Shown here: positions 1 through 12,029 of the stretch, piece after piece
Layout of the letters: the number at the start of each line of letters is the position of its first letter
How positions within the stretch are numbered: position 1 is the stretch's first letter
DNA from: Cirrosporium novae-zelandiae
Lineage: Eukaryota
Direction: 5' to 3'
Assembly: GCA_026023565.1 (NCBI GenBank)
Contig: JAPETS010000010.1
Location: forward strand, 186,001-250,000
DNA: 64,000 nucleotides
Translations under genes and position numbers: made by a program
The notes under the pieces: generated by a model
The model's input: the letters and a program-made list of their open reading frames with translations, nothing else
Told to the model about the DNA's origin: nothing
The model's database searches: none

Positions 1-1745
1 TCAATCAAGTATTTAACAATTTCTGGTGAGCTGCACATGGTTGCTAAATGGAGGGGTGTTCTTCCGGTATGGTCCCTACGATTAACGTCAACACCTTCTT
101 GTCCACACCAATCTTGGACGTGTTCGAAATCTTTATCCACAATGGCCTGGCAAAGGCGAGTCGTATTACCAACATATGCCATTTCAGTCCAGTCATCGGC
201 AGTAATTGGGTGAAAGCTTCCAATAGCTTGACGTCCAGGATCATCTTTGATAAATTGGATTTCCCCTGATATGAACGTTTTGGACTCTTCTTCTGCAGCT
301 TCCTTTTCTTCATCCGTTACTGGATTAGGACAATCACCACAGCAGTCATGGATAACATCTTCAACAAAACCGAAAAAAGCTGGATGGCGATGGAGATGAA
401 CTTCACGGTCATCTGGTTTGTTCCACTCTGCATTTAGGAGCAGATCCTTGGTATATAGGAGTCTCTCAATCTGTCTCATTATTAGGAAACACTCCCACAT
501 TTTCTGAAAGGGTTAGATGGTAATCGCTGGGAAACTAACTCGTTTTGCAGTAAATCTTGGCCCATAAGGTATACTAAATGTGTGGTAATTGGAAACATCT
601 TCCTCGTCGACCCACTCCGGAACGTCGTCGGGAGCATCCTCCTTGATATTTCCATGTAGTCGGTTTCTATTTCGATACCGATACGAATAAGGTAACTCGG
701 GCCTACCGCGCTCAGCCCTGCGCTTTGCTAGGTACGCATCCCGATCGTCCGGCTTCGGTAGCTTTTCAACGACAAGGATGCGGGCGAGGCCTACCATCCT
801 CGAGAGATTCCTTTCGAAAATGGTTGGGTCAATCCTAGAACGGTCCAAAGCAGACCAAAAGACCTCAAATCCACGATGAGAGTACTTGGAAAGGCGATTT
901 TCGTAGGATGGGGATCGGCGAGTTAAATCTATGGAGTTAATTTGAGTCATATATGCTGCTATAGCACGGGGGGTAGCATAAACTTGAGACCCGTCGAATG
1001 CGACACAGGAACAGTCGACATCAAAGCCGGTCAAAATTTCCGAGACACTCTTGTACAGGCGAAGAACAATCTGGACATGGCGAGTAGGATATTGAGAGAC
1101 AATGGTGATGGCATTCTTTGTTCGAATTGTTGTTGTCTCATGGAGTATACTGTCTCTGATGCTAGCTTCAATCTGCGTTATCTTTTTGATGGCTTCCTCT
1201 TCATTCAGACCATAGAGAAAAAGGTCGACATCTGAAGCAGGTGCTAGTTTCTCGTGATAGTACTCTCGAAGAGCTCTTTTAGTTGAGCCATGCTCCTCTG
1301 AGACGGGCAGTAGTGCTGTAACCACCGAGCTTCCAGCAGCGACAACATTGCTCCAGTCCAGATCGACCAAAGAAGATTCGGAAAAAAGATTGAAGTTGGT
1401 TTTGAAATCTTTCAAAGAGTTGACAATAGCTGGGGAATTGTCCTTCCTTCGTAATTCATCGGAGATTTGAAACATGTATTTCTCCTTGGTTTCTTCAGTT
1501 TCGCTATCCAATTGTCGAGCATGGATCTTGAGTTGGTTTTCATGGCCTGAGAAGATTGGGACAGTGTTGACATAATGGTCATTTAAGACCTTGTTGCTAG
1601 GATCTTGAGCAAAGACTTCACGTAACTTTGCTTCATATTTCTTGAAGGGCTCGACAGCAGTGGCAATGGAAGTATTGGAATCAGCATTTTGGGCGATATA
1701 AGGGATGAAATCTGGAAGTGAAACTGGCAACTGGGGAAGCTCCAT
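1..1745 (-). CDS. Ankyrin-repeat protein with an N-terminal nucleotidyltransferase-like domain (3' end lies outside the window)
   Basis: ATG at 1745 (MELPQLPVSLPDF). Exon 1 carries VVAAGSSV...SDVDLF...FDVDCS...RLSKY. Intron 539-471 (GTTAGT...ACAG). Exon 2 reads IERLLYTKDLLLNAEWN...DVNRRDHTGRTPLHLATMCSSPEIVKYLID (ankyrin consensus) and stays open to position 1. Confidence 0.85.
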
Positions 1746-2630
1746 TGTAGAATTGGCGGGGTCAATTGAGAGATGGATGTTCAATTGAGAAGATTGAAGA
1801 AGAATATGTCAGTAGAAGATGTTTTAGTAGAAGTTGAATAGCATAAAGAATGTGAGAAGAGAAAATTAAGACCATTGCAGGTCTTAAATAGAAGAGAAAA
1901 AGGAAAGTGTGCAGTGCTGAATTCAATCATAGCAACAAAGTCTAAGATGAGGTCCCTTGAGGATACATAAGGCAACAATAGGAGCCTTGACGTATCCAAC
2001 GCTTAAAGCCAATTGTGGTTTAAGCGATATTGGTTTAGCGCACTGGAGCCTACGCTAGACAAATTACACGTGATAGCGCGATGCAGCTTTATCCTTCGAG
2101 TTACCCCCCCCCCCCACGTGCCACCCCATCAAGAAGATATGAAACAGACGAGAGTCGCGGGAACCGTCACGTGCACTATTGATCTCGGCCTGCTGGAGCG
2201 GCAGTTTGTGAGGGAGGTCTTCGTAGAGACATCCCCAGAATTCTTGCCTATCAGCAACCCCACATCTCACCTCCGCCGTTAGCTTCTCCCCTTCCAAGAC
2301 CTACCTCTGTCTCCATACTTGTGCATAAGCAGCAATGTTGATTCCTTAATTTGTCCAACATCCCCTCACTTTTAGATGCTACACAGGCATACCCATATAA
2401 TGCGGGGTAGAGATCCATACCATTGGCACTTGGGTTGTTTATGAGATGCTGAATAAAGAGATTGGACATTTTACCCATTCACGCGGCGGACCATCCTAAT
2501 TATTGGGTTTTATTTCAATTATATTTTCAGGAACGTAGACTGAGACTCCTTTATCAACACTTTCATCTAAATTCTACTTCCACCTACCTTTAACAATACC
2601 ATAGATATTATGCTTAACAAATTGATCAAT

Positions 2631-4844
2631 ATGACAACTTCCGAACCTTGTGATCATGTTGATCTCCTTATTATCGGTGCTGGTCCCGCTGGCCTGATGT
2701 CAGCTCTCTGGGCCTCGAGGTTGAACATCAAAACGCGCATTATTGATAAGCGAGGTACAAAAATATTCAATGGTCAAGCTGATGGCCTACAGTGTCGAAG
2801 TCTGGAAATTTTCGATAGCTTTGGGTTTGCCGATAAGGTGTGGAAGGAGAGCAATCACCTGTTGGAAATCTGTTTCTGGGTGGGTAGAGTCCGAGACCCT
2901 TGGGGGATAGGTTTGAAGGCGAGGAAAGCTAATGATGAGGCTGATGAAACTAGAACCCCGACGCAGAAGGTATAATTCGGAGGACAGGTCGCATACCGGA
3001 TACGATACCGAATATATCACGATTCCAAGAAGTCGTGCTGCACCAAGGGCGTATCGAACGATTCATCCTCGACTCTATCAAGGACTACTCAGATATCGAA
3101 GTCGAGCGGGGTGTCCTGCCCGAAACTCTTGACTTTGATTCCTCCCTCGCATCTGATCATTCGGCCTATCCCATCACAGTCCAAATCCGTCATCTCTCCG
3201 ATGAAGAAGCAACACCAGCACAGAATCTGACATCACTGCCTGACGGCCTGTTCAGGAGTAATATCGCAGAAGACGATACGGATGAACTAATTCGGAAGAA
3301 TAGGGAAAAGAATGTGCCGGGAACAACAGAGACGATTAGGGCCAAGTATATGGTTGGGTGTGATGGTGCCCATAGCTGGACGAGGAGACAGCTAAGATTT
3401 CAGATGGAGGGAGAGCAGACAGATTTTATCTGGGGGGTATTAGATATTATTCCCATAACTGACTTTCGTAGGGTACCCAGTAAGTATTTTTGCAAATAGT
3501 TACTGATACTTGGGTTTCATAGCCGATATACGCATGCGCTGCGCAATTCACTCTGCAGAAAATGGGAGCCTCATGGTGATTCCACGAGAGAAGAAGCTCG
3601 TCAGGCTTTATATCCAATTGACCGAAGTCGCGAAAGAAGGAGGCAGAGTTGATCGCTCGAAGATCACACCTCAGACCATCCTCGAAGCCGCGCGAAAGAT
3701 ATTAAGCCCGTATAAATTAGAGTACAACTATTGTGACTGGTGGACTGCTTATCAGGTATGAAATATCCCCCTTCTAATTTGTTACACCATTCCTGAAGAC
3801 TCCTTGACACTAAATACTAAACACCACTCACTTCCGTCCTAGATCGGCCAAAGAGTGGGTGACCGCTTTAGTGCCTCGGACCGAATCTTCCTCGCCGGAG
3901 ACGCGGTGCATACACACTCCCCCAAAGCCGGTCAAGGCATGAACGTCAGCATGCAAGATGCCTATAACCTAGTATGGAAAATCGGCCTCGTGTCTCGCGG
4001 CATCGCCAAACCCAGGATCCTACAAACCTACGAATCTGAACGTCGCCGCATAGCCCAGGACCTGATAGCATTCGACCACCGCTTCTCCCGGTTGTTTTCA
4101 GGCCGCCCCGCCAAGGACGCAGCGGACGAGGCCGGAATCAGCATGGCAGAATTCAAAGACGTATTTGAAAAAGGCCATTGGTTCGCCAGCGGTCTTTCCA
4201 TCAACTACGACGCCAGCATCCTCGTCGCAAAAGCCGAATCCCCCGAACACCAAAACGACAACGATAACGACAACGACAATGACAACAACCCCAACCTCCT
4301 CAGCAACCAATCCCTAGCCACGAACCTCACACCCGGAACGCGCTTCCCAAACGCGCAAGTCCTAAACCAAAGCGACGCGCGCCCCTGGCCACTCCAACAC
4401 CTCCTAAAAAGCACCGGCCAATTCCACCTCCTCGTATTCGCCGGAAACCTCTCCTCCTCACACCAACTCTCCCTCCTCCAATCTCTCGGTGAATCCCTCA
4501 CCACCACCTCCCCCCTCTCCCGTCACCTCAACCCCCAAATAAAAACCCCCACAATAAACCTCCTAACCATCCACTCTGCCCCCCGAACCTCAATCGAACT
4601 TTCTACCCTCCATCCCATCTTCCACCCATTCGATGAAGTGAACGGCTGGGACTACGAAAGCGTGTTTGTGGATGATGTGTCCTACCATGAGGGGTTTGGA
4701 GATGCGTATGGGGTGTTTGGGATTGGGAGGGAGAAGGGGTGTTTTGTAGTGGTGAGGCCGGATGGGTATGTGGGGTTTGTGGGAGAGATGGGGGAGAGGG
4801 GATTAAAGGGGGTGGAGAAGTATTTTAGGGGGGTTTTTGTTTAG
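2631..4844 (+). CDS. Phenol 2-monooxygenase (FAD-dependent phenol hydroxylase)
   Basis: Exons 2631-2879, 2954-3467, 3523-3755, 3843-4844. Motifs DLLIIGAGPAGL, GQADGLQCRSLE, GCDGAHSWTR, FLAGDAVHTHSPKAGQGMN and C-terminal thioredoxin-like VVVRPDGYV. Confidence 0.93.
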
Positions 4845-5787
4845 GGGGGTTGGGGGTTTGTTTAGGGGGGGAGGGTATGATGGAGGGTGATTATCTGAAT
4901 CCGATGACGGGATGATTACAATGATTAATCATTCATTTTATTGTTCACAACATATCACCTTTAGGTTATAATCTAGTACACATCCAATAAAGGTATTATA
5001 GTTATCGTTATCTTTATCGTTATCATTATCATTATCATTACAAAAAGAAAAGCAAATTCAAGAAAGCTCTATTTTCAAAATAGATATCATGAACTACTCC
5101 ACCCACCCAATAGACATACATACATACAGATCCACAACCAACCTTAAGTACAGTTATATATATTTTTGTTACAGCACGCAGCAGCAGCAGCCACAAAGTT
5201 ATATATATACATATACAGACTATATCCTTAACACTCTAGGATTATTATATTATCATTATCCCCATGTCCCCTCCCCCCATTTTTTTTGGGGCTTTGTACT
5301 TGTAACTTGTAAAGAATATTGTTGGCTTACCCTTCTAATAATATTACATGTATGTATATGGGTGTGTGATAGATGTATCGTATAAGAATAGCTTGCTGCT
5401 GCTGCTGTGATATGGTTGATTAATTGTGTATATAGTCTATATGGTGAGTGGTGAGGAAATTATGGCATGGACATGGACAGGATACGGGATTTTTTTTTAT
5501 TGGGTATACGTAAGTAGGTAGGTAGGTAAGGTAGACTACTTCATTCATTCTTTGATATTTTCTATCCCATATCCCATAAGCCCTTAAGCCAACCGACTGA
5601 ACGCCACCTACCGTTGTTTTGTTGGTGTTGCCGTTTGAAAATAAAATCTAAAAACGTCTAATCTAATCTGATGCAATCTAATCTAATAATAAATTTATGT
5701 ATGGGGTGGTGTATAGAAATCTAGCCATCTAGACATCAAATCACCCTAAACACAACCCCGTCCTCCTCCCTCGCCCGCCCACAAACC

Positions 5788-7679
5788 CTACAACCCCACA
5801 ACCCCCCTAACAGCCTCCACCGCAACAGGCACACATGTAACAACAACCTGCAACGCGCCCAACAATCCCATACTTAAACTCGCCAACGCCCCCGCCCTTG
5901 GATCACTCACCAACAAAAACGCTGTCCCAATCGCACTCGCATTCGCGCCCATCGCCACCCCCCTCGTCGTAAAATCATCCTCCGGGATCCGCATCCAGCG
6001 CATCAAGGCATCGAAAGTCAGGGCGCCGAAGATTCCCGAGACAAGGCACAAAATAGCCATGATGTGTTGGTCGCCGCCGATGTTGGAGGTAGCTTCCATG
6101 GCGAGGGCGAGGGTTAGGGCCCGGGAGCTGAAGGCAAGGGAGCGGGTTTGGGAAATTCCGATGCGGGTGCAGAAGATGGGGTAGAGGAATAAGGAGGCGG
6201 GGACGAGGAGGAGGAGGGGGATTAGGAGGATTATGAACTAGAAGACAGGGGGGTTAGCTTTGGGGTTGCAGATGGGATGGGTTCGGGGGGGGGCTTACGT
6301 ATCGTTTGAGTTCGCGGCGGTAGGTGTACATTGGCATGCCGAGGGACACGATGCCGACATCCAAACAGCTGCTAAAGATATCACCCGCGCCAGGCTTGCT
6401 CAGGTTCTTCTGGCGGTCCCAAATCTGCACGTACTTTGTGTCGGTGGAGTATTGCTTCAAAGCGTTGTCGAGAGTTTGCCCGTGGATTAGGGCTAGGATG
6501 TAGATGCCGAGGATGGTGAGGCCCGAGGACACGAGTACCGGGTGCAGGAACCGCTTGATGCGCATGGGCAGACGGAGGCCGAAGAAGTAGACCAGGACAT
6601 TGAAGGTTAGGTGGATGGGCATGGCGTAGTTGCCTGCGTAGTAGACCGGGATACCGATGAAGAGAAATAGGGATCCGTATGTAAAGATGTCGAGGTTGGC
6701 GTTGATGAATGCGGCCCAGCGCTTGTCGCGGTCAAGCGGCAGTGGGGCTTGGAGGATGCTTTGGGGATGTATGCTTTGGAGCGAGTGTTCGTCTGCTGCG
6801 GAGGGCCAGCCCGGGCCCTGGGCGTGTGTTGGGCTTTGTGCCCTTGGTGGCATAGAAACTTGCGAGAGGTCTGCGCCTGGTGCGGAGGATGCCTCCGAGA
6901 CTGGGGTCGGCGAAAACTCCACATCGTCATTGTATAGGGGTAGTTCTGACAGTTCGAGGGCTTCGTTGGAGCCATCCAATTCGTCTTTTCCTATGGCGTC
7001 TTTCTTGGAGACCCGGGAGAGTAATTGTAATCCACGGACGAAGTAAGCGGTGGCTGCGAATACAATCACATAGCCAATGACTGCGCTTCGTTAGCAAGGG
7101 GGGAAGAATTGAGGGCTTGCTGGATACCTACATAACACTGCGAGAATTTTCACCACCTCGGTGCCACCAATGGCAGGAGTAAGAGGAAGCTCCACGAAAA
7201 ATGGAGTAAAGAAAATACTCATCCATCGTAGAGCGAATCCGGTCTGCATGCCTTAGAAATCAGGAGAGCAGAAAAGAAAGTCGGTGAAATCAACTTACTG
7301 GAATATCAACAATGCGGACTATAGCTTTTGTCTTTTTATCTCCGAGCACAGCTTGACATGTGATGAGAATGAAGAACAGAAGAAGCATGCATAGCACAGA
7401 GGCCGGGAAGGAAACGGTGCTCTGGATACTAATAAGGGAATAGACTCCAAATAGAAGGCCTAATATTGCAAAGGTCCCTGCTGGGACATATATCCATGCT
7501 ACCAGCATTCGATGCCATGATGAGCTGGCGACCTAATTCTTTGGTGTCAGTAAGGAAGGACAAGGACGAGGACAGTGACCAGAACACAATAGAAAATGGA
7601 AAATAATTACCAATTGCAATGCACTAGACAAATCTGTCAACAAAAGTTGAATAGTATTATTCTCAGAGATAACCGTCAT
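5788..7679 (-). CDS. LrgA/LrgB-family fused membrane transporter (PLGG1-like)
   Basis: Five predicted exons (7679-7611, 7532-7299, 7243-~7131, ~7080-6300, 6237-5788). Many TM segments, LrgA-like GFALRWMSIFFTPFFV, and LrgB motifs SRALTLALAM and RGVAMGANASAIGTAFLL. Confidence 0.85.
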
Positions 7680-8133
7680 AATTTATCGTCGTCGTAATTC
7701 ATGTCTAGGATTTATATTATAAGGAAAAGAAAAGATGGAAGCAAAAAGAAGGAGACCTCATTATTTTATCTTATGAGTCCAAGAAGTTATGACTCGGCAC
7801 CATCAGCGGATGTTTGGTGGGGAGACGGAATATTAGCAGAAGATTGTACTTCACTGTACCTTGGGACGGCTTTTCGGAGGAACGGCATCAACGTCATCGG
7901 GTCTATCGGAGGTTCTGGATCTATTCTGCCGTGGCACCATCTCTTGATCCAGTTACTTCCCGCTGAGCTTGGTTCTATTCCGGACCTTTGGAGCTTCAAG
8001 GATATTTGTACATTTGTACATTTGTACAGCACAAAGTACTAAGGACAGGCCTGGTCGGATAATTCCGCCTATCAACAAATCAGCCCAGTTGACCGCACCA
8101 TCTAATAACCTTTGGAAAAAAAACTAGGTATCC

Positions 8134-9813
8134 ATGGATGAACCCGAATCCTCATCAGAGCAATTGCTCAGAATCGCACGAGAGAGAGGCATTTCAGTCG
8201 ACCGACAAAATATTGAACGTCTCCTTAATGATCCCGCGACTCAAGCGGATACTGAAAACTGGATTCGTGACCAGTTGAAATCCGAATCGTTATTGTCGAA
8301 AGAGGAAGCTGACCTGTAAGTATATCGGAGCAGGGAGTTTCAGAGTACTCAGCTAATAATATGTTTGACCTTAGCTATGCAAAGTTGCAAACCAATGGCA
8401 CAGCTGATCGGATCGCTGCTAGCGAAGAGCTTTCTGCTACCCGCCCAATTCTCGATGACGACATCCGTGCTGCGATCCAAAACCTGAAGGCGTCTACTGC
8501 TGCCATTCAAAAGCAGAATGAAGCTCTGAGAGAGCAATGGAAAGCCCTTGATGCGTTTCGAGAGAAGTGCAAGGATGTAGAAAATCAACAGTCGAGAAAA
8601 CGAGCACAGAGGCAGAAACGCGCTACAGCTGAACGGCAGCGATTGACTATAGCTGTAGGTTCGCCAATTCCAATCTCTCTTCAGATACTGACAGACTAAA
8701 GGTAGAAGAGTCAGCCACGTTATTGTCTAGCCGGTTGAAAACATTACAACAGCAACTTACCACTGCACATGCAAGTCTCCTCGCAGGAGTCGAGGAGGAA
8801 TTAAAAGGCGACGATAGACTACTACATCGACTTCAAAAATTAGCAGCAAATCTTCCATTACAAGATTCAACAAATACTTCCTTGGCCGAGAAGACCAAGA
8901 AACTCAGTTCTAAACTCGCCGTACTGAGGGTGGAAGAAATCAAGTATCGCCTTGATCGGATATATCTTGAAGAATCTCAGAATGACATGGTCTCAGATTC
9001 CGACTCGGATGAAGCAGATATTCCTTCGGTCATACAAGAAGAGCTTGATTCGCTCTATGCCGAAATCGCCGATGTATCGGAGATGGCAGCCGAACATATG
9101 TTTGAAGAACCAGTCACCCAAGAGGTGAATAGTAAAGCAAGGTTGTGTCAAGAAAGCGCCCGGTCAACTCTGGACGAGGTAAGTTTGACTGAAACTTTCT
9201 GCATATCATTGCTAAATAGCAAAAGGTCTCCAGTAATATTGAACACTTGACATCAAAGATTGCTCAGCAGGCCGATCGTTTCCAGGACCTAAATGAGTAC
9301 AGTCTAGCTTTGAGGACAATCTTCCAGGCCTCCGAGGAACCATTGAAGGATAGCTCTTCGATTCCCCAGAGTCTCTCTGTAAACAGCCCAATGAAGGGTC
9401 TTGCTGGATCACAAACAACATCTGCGTTATCCCTTGAGTCAGTTGAAGGTCTCTGCGGATATGTTGGTCTTTCACTTCCAGAACAAATGGACGAGGGGGT
9501 TTTGTTCAAAGATTTGGTTGATGCCAAAAGGAAACAGTCTTCTCGCAGGCTTCACAACCTTGAGACCACCATGCGTTCATCCTTGTCATCTTCCCTTGGG
9601 ATGGCGGACTCTTCATGCCAGCTGCTGCTTGGTGTGCTTCAGGCTGGTGCATCTTATCGGCTGGTAGATCCCAAAGATTCACGAGAACAGGAGATTACAA
9701 ACGTGGAACAGCAACTAGATCACGTCCAGAAATTGGCAGATGGGTTAGATCTTACCGTATTAGAGGAGGGAAACGAGAAGCAAACTCGGTTTGTACAGAA
9801 ATGGGCCAGCTAA
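8134..9813 (+). CDS. Uncharacterised coiled-coil protein
   Basis: Four consecutive + ORFs (8134, 8361, 8723, 9247) joined by three short GT-AG introns with branch sites. Helical E/Q/L/K-rich sequence ending FVQKWAS*. Confidence 0.75.
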
Positions 9814-9940
9814 ATCTAGCAATAGACTTATTGTACAATCCCAATCATATCCGTGTTCATATTCTTTCAAAGGTCTCTCAATAGGGATTGGTGAATTCTA
9901 TCACGTTTGTCGTCAGCTCATATCCTAGGTGTTTAGATAT

Positions 9941-9968
9941 GTGAAAGGTGAAAGGTGAAAGGTGAAAG
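9941..9968. repeat. (GTGAAAG)x4 tandem repeat
   Basis: gtgaaaggtgaaaggtgaaaggtgaaag read directly. Confidence 0.85.
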
Positions 9969-10305
9969 GGCTAAATACTATCCTTTGTATTTGTTTTCCC
10001 CTTGAAATTCCAACACAGGGCTTTGTTTCTTTCGTCTTTACACAAGAAGATGTAAACAAACATTTCGTCGCGGCTACCGACTTCAACATCGGATAGATAT
10101 TGTGAGACCTCTATATTGATACACTTGATGTATTGATCCATTCGCTCTCAATAAATTACTCGTTCACAGCAGCCGCTCCTTTAAAGCACTCAATTATCCT
10201 ACTGCGTTAGATATCACTTATATCTTCTGACATCAAATTCATTCTCACATCCACACTTCTTAACCTTGACATTCTCTTTGCTAATCCCTATCTGATCGGC
10301 TTACA

Positions 10306-11977
10306 ATGCATCTCCGAATTTTGGTTACACTCATTTCGCTTGTGTTGCTCGTCAACTCAACATGGACTTCGATAAAAGTCAAATCTGTGACAGAGTATGG
10401 ATCACAGACCAGTAACGTCACATCCGTCTCTCGTGATGGTGGCTCCTCTGTCCTCATCAACAACCGCATCATCTGGCTCTACGATGACACCGAATCTCTC
10501 TCCACAGATGGAGATCAGCTAGCCTTTGTGTCAAACTCTGCCGCATATGCCAATGCCGCAAATGAAAATATCCGCGCCGTGGAGGATTACGAGGTCATAA
10601 AATCAGGCAAAGACAAAAATGGAAATCAGCAGTGGGCCATTATTGGAAATGTTACGGCTCCCGACGGTAGAGGCTGGATACCTTTGTTGCCGCAAGAAGT
10701 TGAATTCAACAATCAGTCCAAAGGGCTACAAAGACTTGCCCTCTGTAAGCCATCCATCTCATCCCATAGCTAAAAAACCCCATTCTTCTAAACTCCCCCT
10801 AACCTTTATCTCTTCTCTTCCAGGGCCAGGAGCAAACCCAACACCAATAAATGGCACATCCGCCTTTCTCTTCACGCCCATTGTTCTCGTCACGGTCGAC
10901 CCCTCTGACCCCTCTGGCATATTCCAATCAGATGGCATGGCTCTAATCTCCCTCTCAGCCCCATCCTCCGGCCCGCTAGCCACCAGGATCGGTAGCGCGA
11001 TTTTCCTAGCCAACGAAGTCCCCTTTGGAGGATTCGCCTCCATCCTGGGTACCGCAAGCCTCTCAACCGCATCCCAGAGACCATCCAATGACCAAGACGT
11101 CTACCTACTCGGAAAAACCGACTACGGGCTCCAACTCGCACGAGTGCCACTCACAAACCTCTCCTCCTTCAACGCCTATACATTCTTCGACCCCCTCACC
11201 CACGACTTCACCACCACGGCCCCAAACCGAAACACAACCTCCGCATCCCAGCTCTACCTCTCGGGCTCCTTCTCCTCGGGCTCCCTATTCTACAGCCCCT
11301 ACTTCTCCACCTTCATTCTAATCTACTTCACCAACCTCGCCGACTCAACCTTCTACGTCCGATTTCTAGACCTCTCCGCTCCGCTCAACACCGCCTCCGA
11401 GGACTGGCCCCCCAACGGCAAGAACGGCACCGGCATCTCCGCCTCCTCCGCGGAAGCCCTAGCCCACTATGCCTGGTCCCCACCCCAACCCCTCTACAAA
11501 TCCCCCCCCGGCACCGGCGGCTACAACTACGCCGCGTTCGCCCACCCGGAGTACTTCAACCGCCAGTACTTCCCCCCTTCCTTCTACATCCCCGAGGCTC
11601 CAACCTGCGACAAGCGCAACGAATGGTTCGGCACAGGCATCATCTCGGAATCAGCGGCCGGAGGTGACGGGAAACACATTCTCCTTTCCTGGACGGAGCA
11701 GGAGGCTAAGGGTTCGATTGGGTATCAGATCAAGCTGGTGAAGGTGGAGTTTGATGCTATTTCGTACGGGAAAAATGGTATCATGCAGCCAAAGCCGAAT
11801 GCTACCAATTGTGATTCCTCGAGGGGGTATGTGCAACCCAGTAAAGGGAGCATTTCCAGACCACCATCACTATTTTTGGGCGGGGAATATGCTTTCGACG
11901 GTAATAGTGGAATTGTCGGACTCGTGGGCTGTATTTTGGGTGTACTTGTTACGTGGAGTTTAGTCTTGTGGCGGTAA
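10306..11977 (+). CDS. Secreted, probably GPI- or tail-anchored protein, possibly beta-propeller/DUF4185-like
   Basis: Signal peptide MHLRILVTLISLVLLVNS. Intron 10745-10823 joins RLAL-W-PGANPTP. SRDGGSS...WLYDDT, GSLFYSPYF and YAAFAHPEY motifs. Hydrophobic C-terminus IVGLVGCILGVLVTWSLVLWR. Confidence 0.75.
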
Positions 11978-12029
11978 ATTACCTATGTATGTATGTATAC
12001 GATGTACCCGTCCGTCTATGAAGCACAAA

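Noticed and set aside
8134..9813. Assignment of the coiled-coil protein as an augmin/HAUS or kinetochore subunit
   Set aside because: Only general coiled-coil character is visible. A profile search would be needed.
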